Assembly: GCA_964016885.1 (NCBI GenBank)
Contig: OZ024749.1
Span: forward strand, 3,224,001 to 3,288,000
Reading direction: 5' to 3'
Origin: Eledone cirrhosa
Lineage: Eukaryota
DNA: 64,000 bases
Position numbers and translations under genes: made by a program
Part shown: in pieces, positions 23,105 to 37,309 of the stretch
Layout: each line of letters opens with the position of its first letter
How positions within the stretch are numbered: position 1 is the first letter of the stretch
The notes under the pieces: model-generated
Database searches by the model: none
Told to the model about the DNA's origin: nothing
Seen by the model: the letters and a program-made list of their open reading frames with translations, nothing else

Positions 23105-25560
23105 TGTGTTCCTGGGATTTTTCCACGGACTATGATAGAAGATGCTGGAGATTCTGGTTGTGGGAGGATGGATTGCTGGAGCGATGGATCAGTGGTGTAA
23201 AATCCTGGTATGGTAGTGAGGAAGTGGAGAGTAGTGGGGTGCGTGCGCAACAGGAAGTGGTCAGAGTTACGGCACTGGTCAGAGGATCAAGGCAGGGCGA
23301 AGAGGTGAGAGGAAGGAGATAGCAGTAGGGAGTTGACAGCAGGCAGTAGTGAGAGAGGCTGACAGATATAGAGAGGCCTGTATGGGGTGTGGAATGTGTG
23401 TATGTGTGTGCGGAGGTGCCGTGGACACGGAAGGAGAGGGGTAGGTGTGATGGGGGGGGGGAGAGGGCGGCGGTGTGGGGAGTTGGCGTGTATATTAGTG
23501 GAGGTATTAGTGGGATGTGTGTGACTGGGGTGTTGAGGTGAGAGAAGGTGTTAGGGACGGTAGGAGGGAGTGTAGTGTACTGGTGTGTGTGTGCGTGTTT
23601 GGATATGAGTGTGTGTCTGTGTGTGATAGAGTGGGTGTTATTATTACCAGTAATGGGGAGGGGCTGCAATGCGGGAGTGTTAGTGGGGGTTAGTGGTGGT
23701 AGTGTGTGTGGAGTCGGTGGTGTATCGGTGCGTACGTAGGTGTGGGTGATCGTATGTGTGATGGTGTTTGTTCGTGTGGGTGTGGTGCGGGGCAAGGTGA
23801 GTTGGACTGGGGGGTGTGTGAGTAATATTAGTGGTGGGGTGGTCAGATGTGGGGTCTGTAGGGTGAAGCTGGTGTGCTGCTCGACGATGAGGCGAGCGGC
23901 GTTGGACTTATGGCATTGGATCAGGCCATAGACTGTGGCCTGGTGGGCGAATATCCAGGGATTCCAAAGTGGCGGGTGATGGGGAACGCCCGCCGAGACG
24001 AATATCGCGGAGGTGCTCCGTGAACTGATCCACCAGGTCACGTCCCGTCTGTCCAAAGTAGGTTGCAATGCACTCCGTGCAGCGAAGTCCATAGACGAGG
24101 TTGGAAGAGGTGCAGCGAAGGCATGCCGAACAGAGAGAGAGTGGCCGTTGGGACCCTGGAAGGTGGTGGTGTCGGTGTTGTGGGGGCAGGTGTGGCAGCG
24201 AGGTCTGGAGCAGGGAAGGGAACCGGGGGTGGTGGGGTAGCGAGCTGTGGACGAGGAGGAACCGGAGATTACGCGCGCGTTTGAAGGAGGGGAGGCTGGG
24301 TATGGAAAGATGGGAGAGGTGGAGGTCTCGGACAGGAGGCGTCGGAAGGGGCGAAGGATGATGCGGTGGGGCGGGAGACAGCACAGGCGCGAGCCTAGGC
24401 GACGTGGACAAGGGAGGGAGGGTAACCTCTCCGGATGAATGGCTGACTAGAGAAAAGGCCTGGGACTCGAAATCAGCATCTCGGCTGCAGAGACGGTTGA
24501 TCCGGAGGAGTTGGGAGTAGAGAATGGAGTGTTTGGTGTGTGTAGGGTGGGGGGAGGTGAAGTCGAGGTAGGAGTGGGAGTCGGTGGGTTTGAAGAAGGC
24601 GGAGGTGACGAGGGAGCGCTGGGAGGGGTCGATGGTGACGGATATGTCCAAGAAGTGGACGTGGGTGATGGAGATAGAGGTGGTGAAGTGGAGGGAGGGG
24701 TAGTAGGAGCAGAAGAAGGAGAGAAAGGAGTCGAGCCGTTCTCGGGTGAGGGTCGTGGCTCCGATACAATCGTCGATGTAACGACCTTACAGTTCTGGCG
24801 TGGAGCTGGGCAAATATTTGTGCCTCAACAGGCCAACGAAAAGGTTGGCATAGATTGGGCCCATGCTAGTGCCTATGCTACCCCCGTGATCTGTTGGTAA
24901 AACTCCCCCGAGAAATAGAAGCAGTTAAGGGTGAGGACCAGCTCAGCGAGGCGAAGGAGGATGGGGGTGGAGGAGATGGGGGAGGGGCGAAGTTCGAGGT
25001 AGTGCCGGAGGGCACGTAGGCCGTCGGCGTGGGGGTTGACTCTGTAGAGGGACTTAATATATTGGGTGAAGAGGAGTGTGTGTGGTCCGGGTGGGAAAGT
25101 GAGGGAGTAGAACTGGCGAAGGGCGTGGTTGGGGATGTGGGAGGGGATGGAATCAATAATGGTGGATATGAGTTCTGTGAGACAGTTGCAAGCGGAGACG
25201 ATGGGGCGGCCTGGGTTGTCGAGTTTGTGGGTCTTTGGGGGTGCGGGCGTGCGGATGATAGATGGGAAGCGGTGGGAGTGGGGGCATGAGGCAGGAGGAG
25301 ACGAGGTGTTGGGTGAGGGCGGAATCTTGCTTTTGGTAGAGGCGTGTGGTGTCGGACGGTAGAGGGCGGTAGAAGAAGGGTGTTACGGAGCTACCTGAGG
25401 GCTTCGGCCGCGTAGAGGTCTGTGCGCCACACCACCGCGGCGCCTCCCTTCTCCGCCGGTTTGATGACGATGTCGTCGCGGCTACGGAGGGAGAGGAGGG
25501 CGAGGAATTCGCCGCGTGTGATGTTATGCAGTTTGGAGCGGCGGCGGAATTCAAGCGATA
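23105..25560 (-). mobile_element. Penelope-like retroelement, 5'-truncated and frameshifted (RT plus C-terminal GIY-YIG endonuclease)
   Basis: Motifs DIVIKPAEKGGA, GTSMGPIYANLF, RYIDD (about 24769-24783), FLDISV, FKPTDSHSYLDFTSPHP..SQLLRINRLCS and CTSSNLVYGLRCTECIATYFGQTGR..EH. Bounded by (TA)n. Confidence 0.92.
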
Positions 25561-25583
25561 CATATATATATTTATACATATAT

Positions 25584-25641
<58 letters not shown>

Positions 25642-25645
<4 letters not shown>

Positions 25646-25987
25646 GGGAACCAGAAAATTGCTTATTGTGATCCACCTCGTGGTTAAGAAAGCCAGCTTC
25701 ATGGATGGTTTTAACGTACGGTTAGGGGTAACTCTACAAGTTTGTAAGAAATCCGTTCAATTTTGGAGTATAAAGTAGAAAAGAGAAAACGCAGGTAAGC
25801 ATTAAGAGAAGTATTAAATCCAGGTATTTACGACCGCTTCATTGGTAAGTGCTACCTTATATTGCTATACTGCAAATAGCTGCCACTCAATTATAATTGT
25901 TGTTCACATCCAAATTTTCAAAAAATGAAACGGTCGTAAATACCTGGATAAAATTCTTCTCTTAATGCTTACCTGTGTTTTCTCTTT

Positions 25988-25995
<8 letters not shown>
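25642..25995. mobile_element. Rearranged TA-inserted family; second copy at 11043-11200
   Basis: Shared aaagagaaaac.caggtaagcattaagagaag and gcttattgtgatcca blocks, with an internal inversion. Contains GAAAcggtcgTA, a hammerhead 3' half. Confidence 0.7.
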
Positions 25996-26033
<38 letters not shown>

Positions 26034-26039
26034 GTATAC

Positions 26040-26147
<108 letters not shown>

Positions 26148-26167
26148 GTATATATATATATATATAC

Positions 26168-26219
<52 letters not shown>

Positions 26220-26475
26220 AGCCACATCGTAAAAAGTTGCAAAAACACATATATACCTGTGACTTTGTTTATTTGGTGTATGTGTAAATAATTATATAAG
26301 GTTGAAATAAAAATTTGGGCGATATTGGGCTGCGCTTTCTAGCAATCAACCCACTCGCCGTAAGCAACCAATCACACCCTTCCTGACTTGACCACTGCCA
26401 CGTAACAGTTCTCAACCGTTTTGAAATCATGTTTGGCGGTGGCCACTTTAGAAAATAATATGTCCTAGTGAGTTT

Positions 26476-26555
26476 ATCCCCTGAAGAGCTCTAAAACTCG
26501 AGTATGAACCTTAAATAAGGTATCTCAAAACTGAGCGAAACCAAAGGGTCGGGAT
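26476..26555 (+). ncRNA. Type I hammerhead ribozyme with extended helix II
   Basis: atccc CTGAAGA gctc ...41 nt... gagc GAAA cc aaag gg TC gggat. Confidence 0.85.
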
Positions 26556-27239
26556 TTAGTGATTTTGTCCTGGTATGTATATAAGATTTCTAACATTAAG
26601 TTTTACCTAGTGGAGATGTTATATAATACTATGTAATATGTCCATGGTGGTCCAGGTAACAGTGAAACTTTTCCCTGAGTCGCTTTTTTTTCGTTGTTCT
26701 GGTGTTAGCGGTTCGCTTTTCGGTCGCTGGCTTCAATTTGCATAACTGTCTAAATTTATAATATCTAATGTTATAATTCTTATTCGTTAGCTTGCCCGCA
26801 ACTAGAGCTTCGATTATGCTGTACTACCTTCGTGTACAAATACATATCTATATATATATATGTGTGTGTGTGGGGGGGTGTATGTGTGTATGTGTGTTTG
26901 TTGGTGTGTGTGTGTGTCTGTGTGTCTGTTGGTGTGTATGTGTGTCTGTGTGTCTGTTGGTGTGTATGTATGTATAGAGACACACAAACATACACACATT
27001 CATATATATGTATATATATATATATATGTATATGGCTGTGTGTGTGTGTATGTGTGTGTGTGTCTGTGTGTGATTGTGTGTGTGTGTGTGTGTTTGTTGG
27101 TGTGTGTGTGTGTCTGTGTATATGTCTGTGTGTGTGTGTGTGTCCGTCTGTCCGTGTGTGTGTGTGTGAGTCCTAAGTGCACGCGTTATTTCTGAAGGTG
27201 TAAATATTCTGGCACCACACCTACCTAAATAAGCTTTTA

Positions 27240-28335
27240 ATAATTGTTTCTACTTGGCACAAGGCCAGCAATTACTCAAGGTATTAATGGTACTTTATTT
27301 TATCGACCCCGTATAAATTAATATGTGTGCGGTGTTTTTCTAGAATCGCAACCGAAGCCGGAATAGTTATTAGGTTAAATTAACTAGAAACATTGTTCTT
27401 TATGTTCTCATGCCTGAACACATGTAAGGAATAGTTATTCTCTGCGGTATTAGAATTTAAAATGTCGGCACTAACAAACAAACCGAATTCCACGCTTATT
27501 TAATAATCACAATATAGCAAGTTAATTGATGAACAAATCCCTTAAATTGTGAGTGACAAAGCAGGTTATATTGACACCAGTACTTCTTTCAATCCAAGAA
27601 GGATTGTTAACATTGGCGGCAAAGTTAACCTAGGTGGAAATGAAACTGAAAACATAAAGAGATGTAAGCAAAGCATTTGGGTACGCTCTGGATTGTCAGC
27701 CAATTTACTACCCTCTGTCAACATTAATAATGGTTTCTGATTTAAGCACAATGGCAATAGTTTTGGAGAAGTTCATTAATGGTACTTTACTTTATCGACC
27801 CCATAAGAATGGAAGGCAAAGCTAACATTGACGGGATGTGAACTGAGAAAGTAAAGTGACTTAATCATATGCCGCAAAGCATGTTGTTCGACGCTCACCG
27901 ATATTACCAATCCGGGGCTCGCTGTTAAGAGTAATAATTGTTTCTAATTTTAGTACAAGGCCAGCAAATACCCAGTACATTACTGGTACTTTATTTTATC
28001 GATCCCGTAAGGATGAAAGGCAAAGTTGATCTCGGCGGGATTTGAACTCAGAATGGAAAGGGCCGTAACTCTATGCGTCAAAGCATGACGTCCGACCCTC
28101 TACCTATACTGCCAATCCACCGCCCTGTAATAATAATTTCTGATTTAAACACAAGGTGAGATATTTGTTGGGAGAGGAGAGACGATGTATTAACTCCAAA
28201 ACTCCGCTGGTGCTTTATTTTATCGAACTCAGGAGGTCGAAAGGCAAAGAGGAGATTGGCGAGATTTGAACTCAGAACGTAAAGCTCTGAAATGAAATGA
28301 CCCAACGCATTTGGTCCGACGCTCCAACAAGCATG
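27240..28335 (-). mobile_element. Cluster of about 5 SINE copies or fragments of different ages
   Basis: Family blocks at about 27240-27312, 27560-27720, 27740-27915, 27933-28125 and 28130-28335. Confidence 0.75.
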
Positions 28336-29297
28336 CCCATGCACTACTATAATAAGAACGAGTTTATTTGTCTTAAGACTAAATAAGTCTTAGGACATAA
28401 CAACATTTTCTTGTGTTTAAACTTTCGTAGCATTTTATATAAATTACAAATCTGCTTTATTGGTATAAGTAATAGTATTTTAGAGCAGCTATCACACCAG
28501 ATCAGCTAACGAATATTACTATATAGTAGTTTAAACCATCAATACGGAAAGATGGAATTTTGTGTGAGCAAATTGGCAACTTATCAAAACAGCCTAGAAG
28601 GCATTTTCTTGAATGTAAGTATCTTAATTTGTCGGAATTACAAATCATGTCTCACTATTCATTAACTGTCTGGGAAAGAAAAGGCGGGTGACGATATTGA
28701 ACGATTGATATACGAAACCAATCTGATAACCAATTTTGCAATGTAGGAATCGATTTGGGTGCATTTGACGCTACATTTCCTTGCCTGTAGACTGCAAAAT
28801 CGGAAAATGATGACGGGACTGGATAGATTATTTCCAGAAATTACCCCTAGTTTTACGCACTTTTCTATCGAACGGTTTGTTTGAGACAACTTGAAGTGTA
28901 AATACAAACCTCCGTCGCTAAATACGATTTTGGGGAATATTATATAAAATAAAAGCTAATTCAAACACCCGCAGAGATATAATGACACAGAGGCAGATAT
29001 TCATATCTTACGTATTAATATATAGGATGTCTCCCATAAAATGTATACGCACTTCAACAACATTCTAACATATATTGCCTGTACAACTAATCAAACTGTG
29101 TATACCCATTTTCGGGATAAACTCTATGTATATAGAGAAACGTAAACGCATATGATATATATATATATATATATATCCAGGGTGGCCCCAGTGGATATAC
29201 ACTCCTTGATTACCTGTGCAGACAAAATGAATTAGAGTGCTGTTGACGTGCGTATACATGTTTGTTTATACCCTGCATGGATACACACACACACACC

Positions 29298-29431
<134 letters not shown>

Positions 29432-29774
29432 AAACATGAAAGGAAATTTCATTTTTCACTCTTAATATGCATAAGGAATGTATATACTTTCAGACGTTCA
29501 ATCATCTGGCAGGAAGGTATACGATGCTGACGATAGCTAATACGCTTGAAACTAGTACATCGTTCCTGTGTCAGTGTTGAACAAAAGGCCAACGATGGTT
29601 GCCGAACACTGTACGGCTTAATTCGGGCTGTTTGTTTACAAACAAAGCGAGCATTATAATAAATGTTCGGTAAACCCAAACGTACATATATATATATATA
29701 TATGTGTGTGCATGTATGTATATATATACATACTACTGTACGTCTGTATACATATATGTATTTACGTATACATA

Positions 29775-29812
<38 letters not shown>

Positions 29813-30295
29813 GCTTGTTTGCATAATTGCAAACGAATCGAATGTTATTAATTTTTGAAAAAGTCAGATTATATTTATTGTATTCAACCATATAGAGCGC
29901 ACTTTCTTTTTTTTTTTTTTGAAAAGTGGCAAAGCCGGTCATTTATGGCTCGTATACAGGAAACTGACTGGCCTGCCTGGTGATATGCAAATCACTGATC
30001 TGTGAATCTGCTGATCACCCACTCTGCTAATATGCAAATCAGGCCGATCAGTCACTGTGTACTTTTGAAAATATCATATATTTTCACTAGCTCTGACAGT
30101 TGGCAGGTGAAGTGTCTGCTGTACTGATGAAGGGTGATACCCAGAAACATTAGTGTTTGCAGTTCTGTTTACATGCCAACATAAGAGAAATAATGAGGGG
30201 CTCAATCTACTGACATGGCTTTTAAAAGGAAGCTTGTTGCATAATTGCAAACGAATCGAATATTTTAATTAATATTCGAAAACCTCAGATTTTAT
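29813..30295 (+). mobile_element. Hammerhead-bearing insert with terminal direct repeats; further fragment at 39898-39990 (-)
   Basis: gcttgtt(t)gcataattgcaaacgaatcgaat occurs at 29813 and 30232. TA flanks. Confidence 0.7.
30119..30162 (+). ncRNA. Type I hammerhead ribozyme
   Basis: ctgta CTGATGA a gggt gat accc a GAAA ca ttag tg TT tgcag. Confidence 0.75.
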
Positions 30296-30332
30296 ATGTA
30301 TATGAATGTACGTATAGTATATTTGATAATAT

Positions 30333-30445
30333 ATTCATTTCTACAGTTACATTTTCAAGAGTTAATGTTACTAGGAACGGTTCTATTAATAATAGAACTG
30401 TTTCTAGTAACATTAACTCTTGAAAATGTAACGGTAGAAATGAAT
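30333..30445. repeat. 113-bp near-perfect palindrome
   Basis: attcatttctacagttacattttcaagagttaatgttactag...ctagtaacattaactcttgaaaatgtaacggtagaaatgaat. Confidence 0.9.
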
Positions 30446-31651
30446 CAAATTGCCCTTTACATAATAATTGCCGAGATAAAAACTTACTATACAAATGCAT
30501 AGTAAAAACTAGAGATAAAATATATAACCATATAGCAGCCACTTCTATAACATTTAAAGAACGCTGGTATAATCATAAATATATATTTAATAGATCCGAT
30601 AAAAAATGTTCTACATCACATTCACATCTAATTTGGTACTTAAAGAACAATAATATTGACTATTCAATCTCTTGGGGAACGATTTCGAAAGCATCCTCAT
30701 ACCGAAATGTGGCTCTCTCAAGAATCTGTCATTTGGGTATTGAAGACATTTTTTATATACTTACCTGCCAAAACTCTATCAAATTAAAGAAAACAATGTT
30801 CAGCTCCTGCAGACATCGCCAAAAAATGACTTTTAATCTATAGTATAAAAATCACTTATTCACATTCTATATGTCTTCACTATTCTTCTGTCGATGCTTA
30901 GTTGTGATTTATAAATTATATGTTTCCTTTCATGTAATATTTTTACAAATTATTTTACAAATGATATTCTTTTCCAATTGATATTCTTCTTACTGCTTTT
31001 TTCATTGATATTTTTTATATTTTTTAATTGATATTTCTTAATTGATATTTCTTAATTGATATTTTGAAATATATCATTTTTCATTTTTCTAAATACACTC
31101 ATGATGCCTGTAATCATATTTTCTTCCTAATTGACTATATAGATAATATCTAAATGCATATATAAAAGAAAATCTCAGCTTTGAAAAAATATAATATAAA
31201 ATAACTTATAATCATATAAAATAATAATATATAAAATTTTCTCAACATACATTTCGCATTTTTTTAAGTAAATTCTAAAAGAAATGACAGATCTAACATA
31301 AATAGTGTAACTAACAAACATTGGAGTTATCTTTTCCTTTTCATTTTCTTTTTTAACTATAATCTAGCACGCATAAACATCTTCTCTTCTTAACAACATA
31401 AATACTAAAGTCTCTATAATTTTCGTTAACTTAATACTTTTCCGCAAACATCCATGATTTCAGCAAACAGGAGGAGTAGTTGGCTTTGATAAGCATCAAT
31501 AAATGCGAAACAAGGTCTTGTCAGCTTTATCTCCCCTGTTTGCTGAAAATTAAAGTACGTGAGTCTGTCACTACTCTAAAACAATAGCATAAGGTCTTCG
31601 AAATGCTTTTAATTAAGCATACAGTGTATTGCAAAATACACTATATATACA

Positions 31652-31722
<71 letters not shown>

Positions 31723-33459
31723 TATATATATATTTCTCCTAACTGCAATCTTTGTAATATGGAGACCCTATTAATAATTGCTAATTATGGTAACTTAATT
31801 AACAAAAAAAGTGATTTATTCACAAACTGCTTGCACAAATCCTTATCTACATTCCAAGCATCATATAAAATTAGAAAAAAACATTGACTAAACGTGAAAT
31901 GATTTCGACTTTTATTAATAATTCTGAGTGTGAAATGATATTGTCTCTGATTAATAATTCTTGTAATGCTTTTATTATTATTGCTATTATTAATATTGGA
32001 TATAAGATTTCTACCTAACAATAGAAATTGTTTACTTGATCTCTTATAGAGTATGTTAATCTCTAGATTGTTTAAATACATTTAATTTTGTTTTTGTATT
32101 TTTTAAATCTTGTATCTTATATATTTGATACCCGTAATGTCTTGAGACTCGTAAAGCGTTTAATTACTTTAAATGTTTGTTTAGTCTTACGAGGATATTG
32201 TTTAGATTTATAGTATAAAAGTTTCGTTTTATCTAAATTGATTAATAATCTGTACTTTATTGATGTATAATTTTGAATACAGTAAAATCTAGTTAAAACA
32301 AATTTATAACACTCTTAAGTGTAGTTATAACTAATAATTAATATTATATATAATTGACAAATATCGATTTAAATCTTATGTTTTATATATGAAATATACA
32401 AATGTGTATATATAAATAAATCTGGCTTAATAATATCATATTTACTACATTTATAAGCTTTATGGTTAGTTAATAACATTTTAAATGTTAATCTGTCTAA
32501 TTAAATTATTGACTATATTTTTTAATTGAAATATACACTTGATTACCCTTGGAATTAGGTTAAATTATCTTTTTCACTTTATATTTGCTTTAACTTTGAT
32601 ATAATACAATGATATAGGTTCTTTTAAATATTATAGTCTAAAAATTTCGAGTTATTTAATTAATTGATTATTTCGAATTAACTTAATATTTGAAAAAAAA
32701 ACGGTCACGTATCATATACCTTGATTTTCCTTCTCCTTATGTAATTATATGTTAGCATACATATCTCCCTTTCTTTGTATTTACTATCAAATCTCTTTCC
32801 TTTTCTCTCTCTCCTCTAGTTAGCTCTCTCGCTCTCTCATTTGATCCCTCTATGAAACGGAGGTACACATAATTTATTATTTAAATTTTTAACAGTTATG
32901 TAGTTTTATGTATATATTTATTACTTGCATTTATATAAAATTATTATATATATTATTATACATTTTTATACACATGTTCATACGTACACACTTTATTATA
33001 TGTAGTTTTTCATGTTTCGATCTTATGGTATATAAATATTGAGTTATGTCATGACTAATCACTACCAAGACTGGATTTGAACCGTCAGCACAGTCGAGGT
33101 ATGTCAGACATCAATTTATTTTATCTGATGAGGACGTACTGATGAAATAGCTCAGTACCTCTGAGATATGTATAATAAAATAGATTTTATCACATGAATG
33201 TCTATATTTATTAATATTTTGAAGTAATATTATATATATATATATAATCCAGTACATTTCTCATTCTGCACAACACCTAATCTAGCCGAGACCATAGCAT
33301 ACACTAATAGGACCAAAATACGCTAACACATGCACCCCAAGCAACCACTAGCACCGTCCCAAACAACACCTCACAGATAATACATAAGAACGCTCAACTA
33401 CATGATAACTCCAACCAAAATCTGACCAACCGTCAACATAACAACAACGCCATAGCCCC

Positions 33460-33860
33460 CAGGTTCAACTGAAAAAAAACCGGAGGATTGCCGAATGAGC
33501 GAGGAGTGTCTTATCAAGAACATTGTGTACCAGGGCGATGTCACACCCGGCCGAAATGAATACACCTGTAAAGGCACGACCTCGACTACCTTTAAAGAGC
33601 GACTTTACTACAACAAACGTAAACGCTCCCAAACCAGACTGGTAGATTTGATCTGGAGCCTCATGTATAAAAACCTGAAATACAAGATAAATGGTCAGTT
33701 AGGAGACGCGTTGCCCAACTTTCCACTGGGGGAACAACTGAAGGTTGTTCCTGGCCGAATATGCCAAGTTCATTAAATTAAAATCGGCCATGAATTCGAG
33801 ATCGGAAATCCTAATAAACTGTAGACACACCAGGAAGAATACGTTCTCTGCCTTGATATT
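33460..33860 (+). pseudogene. Decayed PLE GIY-YIG domain related to 41.0-41.5 kb
   Basis: EECLIKNIVYQGDV..YTCKGTTSTTFKERLY...LVDLIWSL, with frameshifts. Confidence 0.8.
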
Positions 33861-35418
33861 CGGGTAGATGCCACGGACAAACCATTAATAACTTAAACAC
33901 AACATAAGAATCACTACCACTATTTTCTCATCTCTCATTTCATTGCCACTGTTATCCTTGTTAATTTGTAATTTCTAATCCTTATTTTAGTTTAAATCCT
34001 GTAAATGTTAGATCGCATCCATTATCGACCCCCTCCATTAAACATATCACCATGCCCCCTCCAACCTCATCCACGCCAACACATTCCACATAGGAATGAG
34101 ACACACACAAACCACTAGCACCACCCACCACTCTCATCCAACACATACCACATACCATTGAGACACACATAAACCACTAGCATCATCCACCATCCACCAT
34201 CCACACCAACACATACCACATACCATTGAGACACACCCCAACAACTAACACCATCCACCACCCTCATCCACACTAACACCTAACATATATATATTTATTC
34301 ATTTGTATATATTATATATATTATATATACTAGCAGAAGACTGCGTTACACTGTCTTATGTACTCAGTAACTTAATCCATGATACATTAAAAAAAGACGA
34401 TATTATATATGAACTGCATTAGGAGAAAATTAGTATGTTTATTTAAGCGATGGCCAACCGGAAATTTTGACATTTCAGAAATTTTAAAGAAGTGAATCTT
34501 TAAATAAACAAAATATATTTAATCAACAGCCACGAAATTTAGTAGATACATTATGTAATATTCATTCATTATTTATTCAATGTAATCAAACTTATTTTAC
34601 TAATGGGATAAACAATTATAAAACGTACGCAGTCACGTGCTCCTTACTTTTTTTATAGTTTAGATATTTTTTTTATTTAGCTTACGTCCGTTGCTTTATA
34701 TCAGACTTGCAGAATTGTTTCAGGCTTAGTTTTGAAATCCATATCATACATCCACTTCAAATAAAATTTTAATTTTGACGAACGATTATAGACGTCTGTG
34801 CCGATCTCGTCTGTCTTCGTGAAACCTTTGGTAAATGGAATAATTGCCTTATGTTGTTTATTACATAACTATATATCTTTTTATATATATTTTCATCCGC
34901 CAAACTCATACCATTCCCAGCCGCTCATTAATTCCTTATAGCACGTGTCACCTTTAACGATGTCTAAACAGGACATTTTACCCACTATCCCGAGGAAAAA
35001 GACCACATTCTTTCATCTAATATGACGCACAACTCTACCACATCCACACCACACACGGCACCTCAGTCACAGCAGATACACACCGACATGTCTAGGGCAG
35101 GCCAAAACACCACACCCGCTACTACTTCCTCATACCCCCCCCCCCCCCCGCCAACAACTATCATACATGTCAACACATTCCTCAAAATTAACCCTCAATC
35201 AAAACAACATAAACTGACCAACATATAAACGTTACATTTTTTATGCGCGATGTATATTCATTCTGTCATTAATACTTCGGAGGTCCTACGAGCCATTGAT
35301 TCCAGAGTCGGGCAGATCGATAGATATCGAACCTTGAGCTGATCAATAACGAAACGCGTGTCACCAATCAATAAACGTAATGAAGGACTAACCAATCCTC
35401 CTTGTATTTTTATATATA

Positions 35419-35811
35419 AGGGCGGTGAATTGGCAGTATCGGCAGAGTGTCAGACACCATGGTTTACATCATAGAGTTATGGCCCTTTATGCTCTGAGTT
35501 CAAAACCCGCCGAGGTTAACTTTGCCTTTCATCAGTACGGGTTCGATAAAAAAAAAGTACCAGTAATGCACTGGGTAATTGCTGGCATCGTGCCAAAATA
35601 AGCAACAATTATTATATTATTAAGGGCGGAGGATTTGCGGTATCAGTAGAGAGTCGGACGCCATGCTTTGACGCATAGAGTTACGGCCCTTGCCATTCTG
35701 AATTCAAATCCCGCCGAGGTTAACTTTGCCTTTCATCCTTTCGGGGTCGATAAAATAAAGTACCAGTAATACACTGGGATAATTGCTGGCCTTGTGCCAA
35801 AATTAGAAACA

Positions 35812-35815
<4 letters not shown>
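35419..35815 (+). mobile_element. Two tandem SINE copies
   Basis: Copies at 35419-35612 and 35623-35815. Confidence 0.9.
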
Positions 35816-35846
<31 letters not shown>

Positions 35847-35849
<3 letters not shown>

Positions 35850-36004
35850 AATACTGGAATTGTATAATCAAGACCGTAGGCGGTATGTCATTTATTTTAT
35901 CTGATGAGGACGTACTGAAAAAAAAACAACACAGTACCTTTGAAATATATATTAGAAAGCATATATTTTGATTATGTGAATATCTTTCATCTGTTAACAT
36001 TTTG

Positions 36005-36010
<6 letters not shown>
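35847..36010 (+). mobile_element. TA-flanked PLE-like terminal fragment with hammerhead-like core; homologues at 33060-33230 and in the 5167-5497 fold-back
   Basis: ttttat CTGATGA ggac gtactg...cagtac cttt GAAA tata TA. Shares its flanks with the other copies. Confidence 0.6.
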
Positions 36011-36067
<57 letters not shown>

Positions 36068-37309
36068 CATTATTAAGTATATGCCTGTGTAGTAGTGGAT
36101 ATGTACTATAATTCCTATGAGTTTCATTGAATTTTTGTTATACTTTCCTTCCTTGTCATTTAAAGCTACTATGCAAATCGACCTATTGTATGCTTTCAAG
36201 GCGCAATACGGTACCGAATGGTACTTGGAAGTTTGCTGAACTAGAAATACTCGTACAAATTTCATCCAGAGTTGTAATATTTTCGCCATCTTTCAAAATA
36301 TATGACTGAAGGAGAGCAACAGTTGTTGTACAACAGAATTCCGTATTACACCGTGTGAAATAAACACATTATTTAGTTACAAATCTCCGAGCCTAGACAA
36401 ACGGAAGAAAAAAGTTGAAGCGAGATCTCTTACATGCGATTCGGGTTTTTGGAAAGCCATGTAATAAATCTGAAATTACTGTTAATGCTGATGTATGTAC
36501 TCAGACGTTTACCACTCTTTTAATCGCACAATAGCGATACAACATTCAATTGGTTAGATGCTTTGTTTAAATGAATTTCGCTGATTTCGACTATTCAGAC
36601 ATGTATTCTATGTTGAAATGCCTCAACAAAACAGAAACAAATGCTAATTCTGTGATTTCCCTGCGATCTCTTAATTCAGTGTGGAAATATTTAGGAGAAA
36701 TGTCAGATAATATTGTGAAATTGTTATAGATGGTGGTTATAAGAATTCAATTAATCCATTTCCTGTCGTCATCCATCATTTTGTGAGGAAAAATAGTCAT
36801 TTAGAGTCGAAACCTATTGAGTTAATGAACTGCTGATAAAACTGTAAACGCAATTGTTAATTACGTAAAGGAAACTCTAAAGAAATGTGGTTTCATTGAG
36901 AAAGGACGTGCATTCACAAATATCAACGGCAAAACTTTGTTTGAAGGAAGCAGGAGTAATAAAGAGGATTATAATGAACTCAGTCTCTAGAAATAGCTTC
37001 ATGTTTCAAAAGAGGGAATTAAATGGATTATTATCTCCCAGTTCATATATTATACCAGTGTGGCCAACATATATTGATACCGAAAACATTATCTGTGAAA
37101 ACATTAACTATTCTCGTGCTCGATGACAATTCCAGTTTAAAATATAGAGTCTTGGTCACAATTGGACGCTGAAACCAATGGTCACACATACATGGAAATA
37201 TATAAAATATATTCATACTAAATAATCTTTATGGCAACAGATTGAGCACTGATATTCTTGATCTTCCATCCACGGATTCCGGCCCGCACACATTAATATA
37301 TATATATAT

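Noticed and set aside
23130-24092. 320-aa His/Thr/Pro-rich ORF as a host gene
   Set aside because: It is a read-through of the C/A-rich 3' region of the Penelope-like element.
28520-28620. Possible plus-strand exon ending in gtaagt (MEFCVSKLATYQNSLEGIFLN)
   Set aside because: Short, with no recognisable homology and no partner exons.
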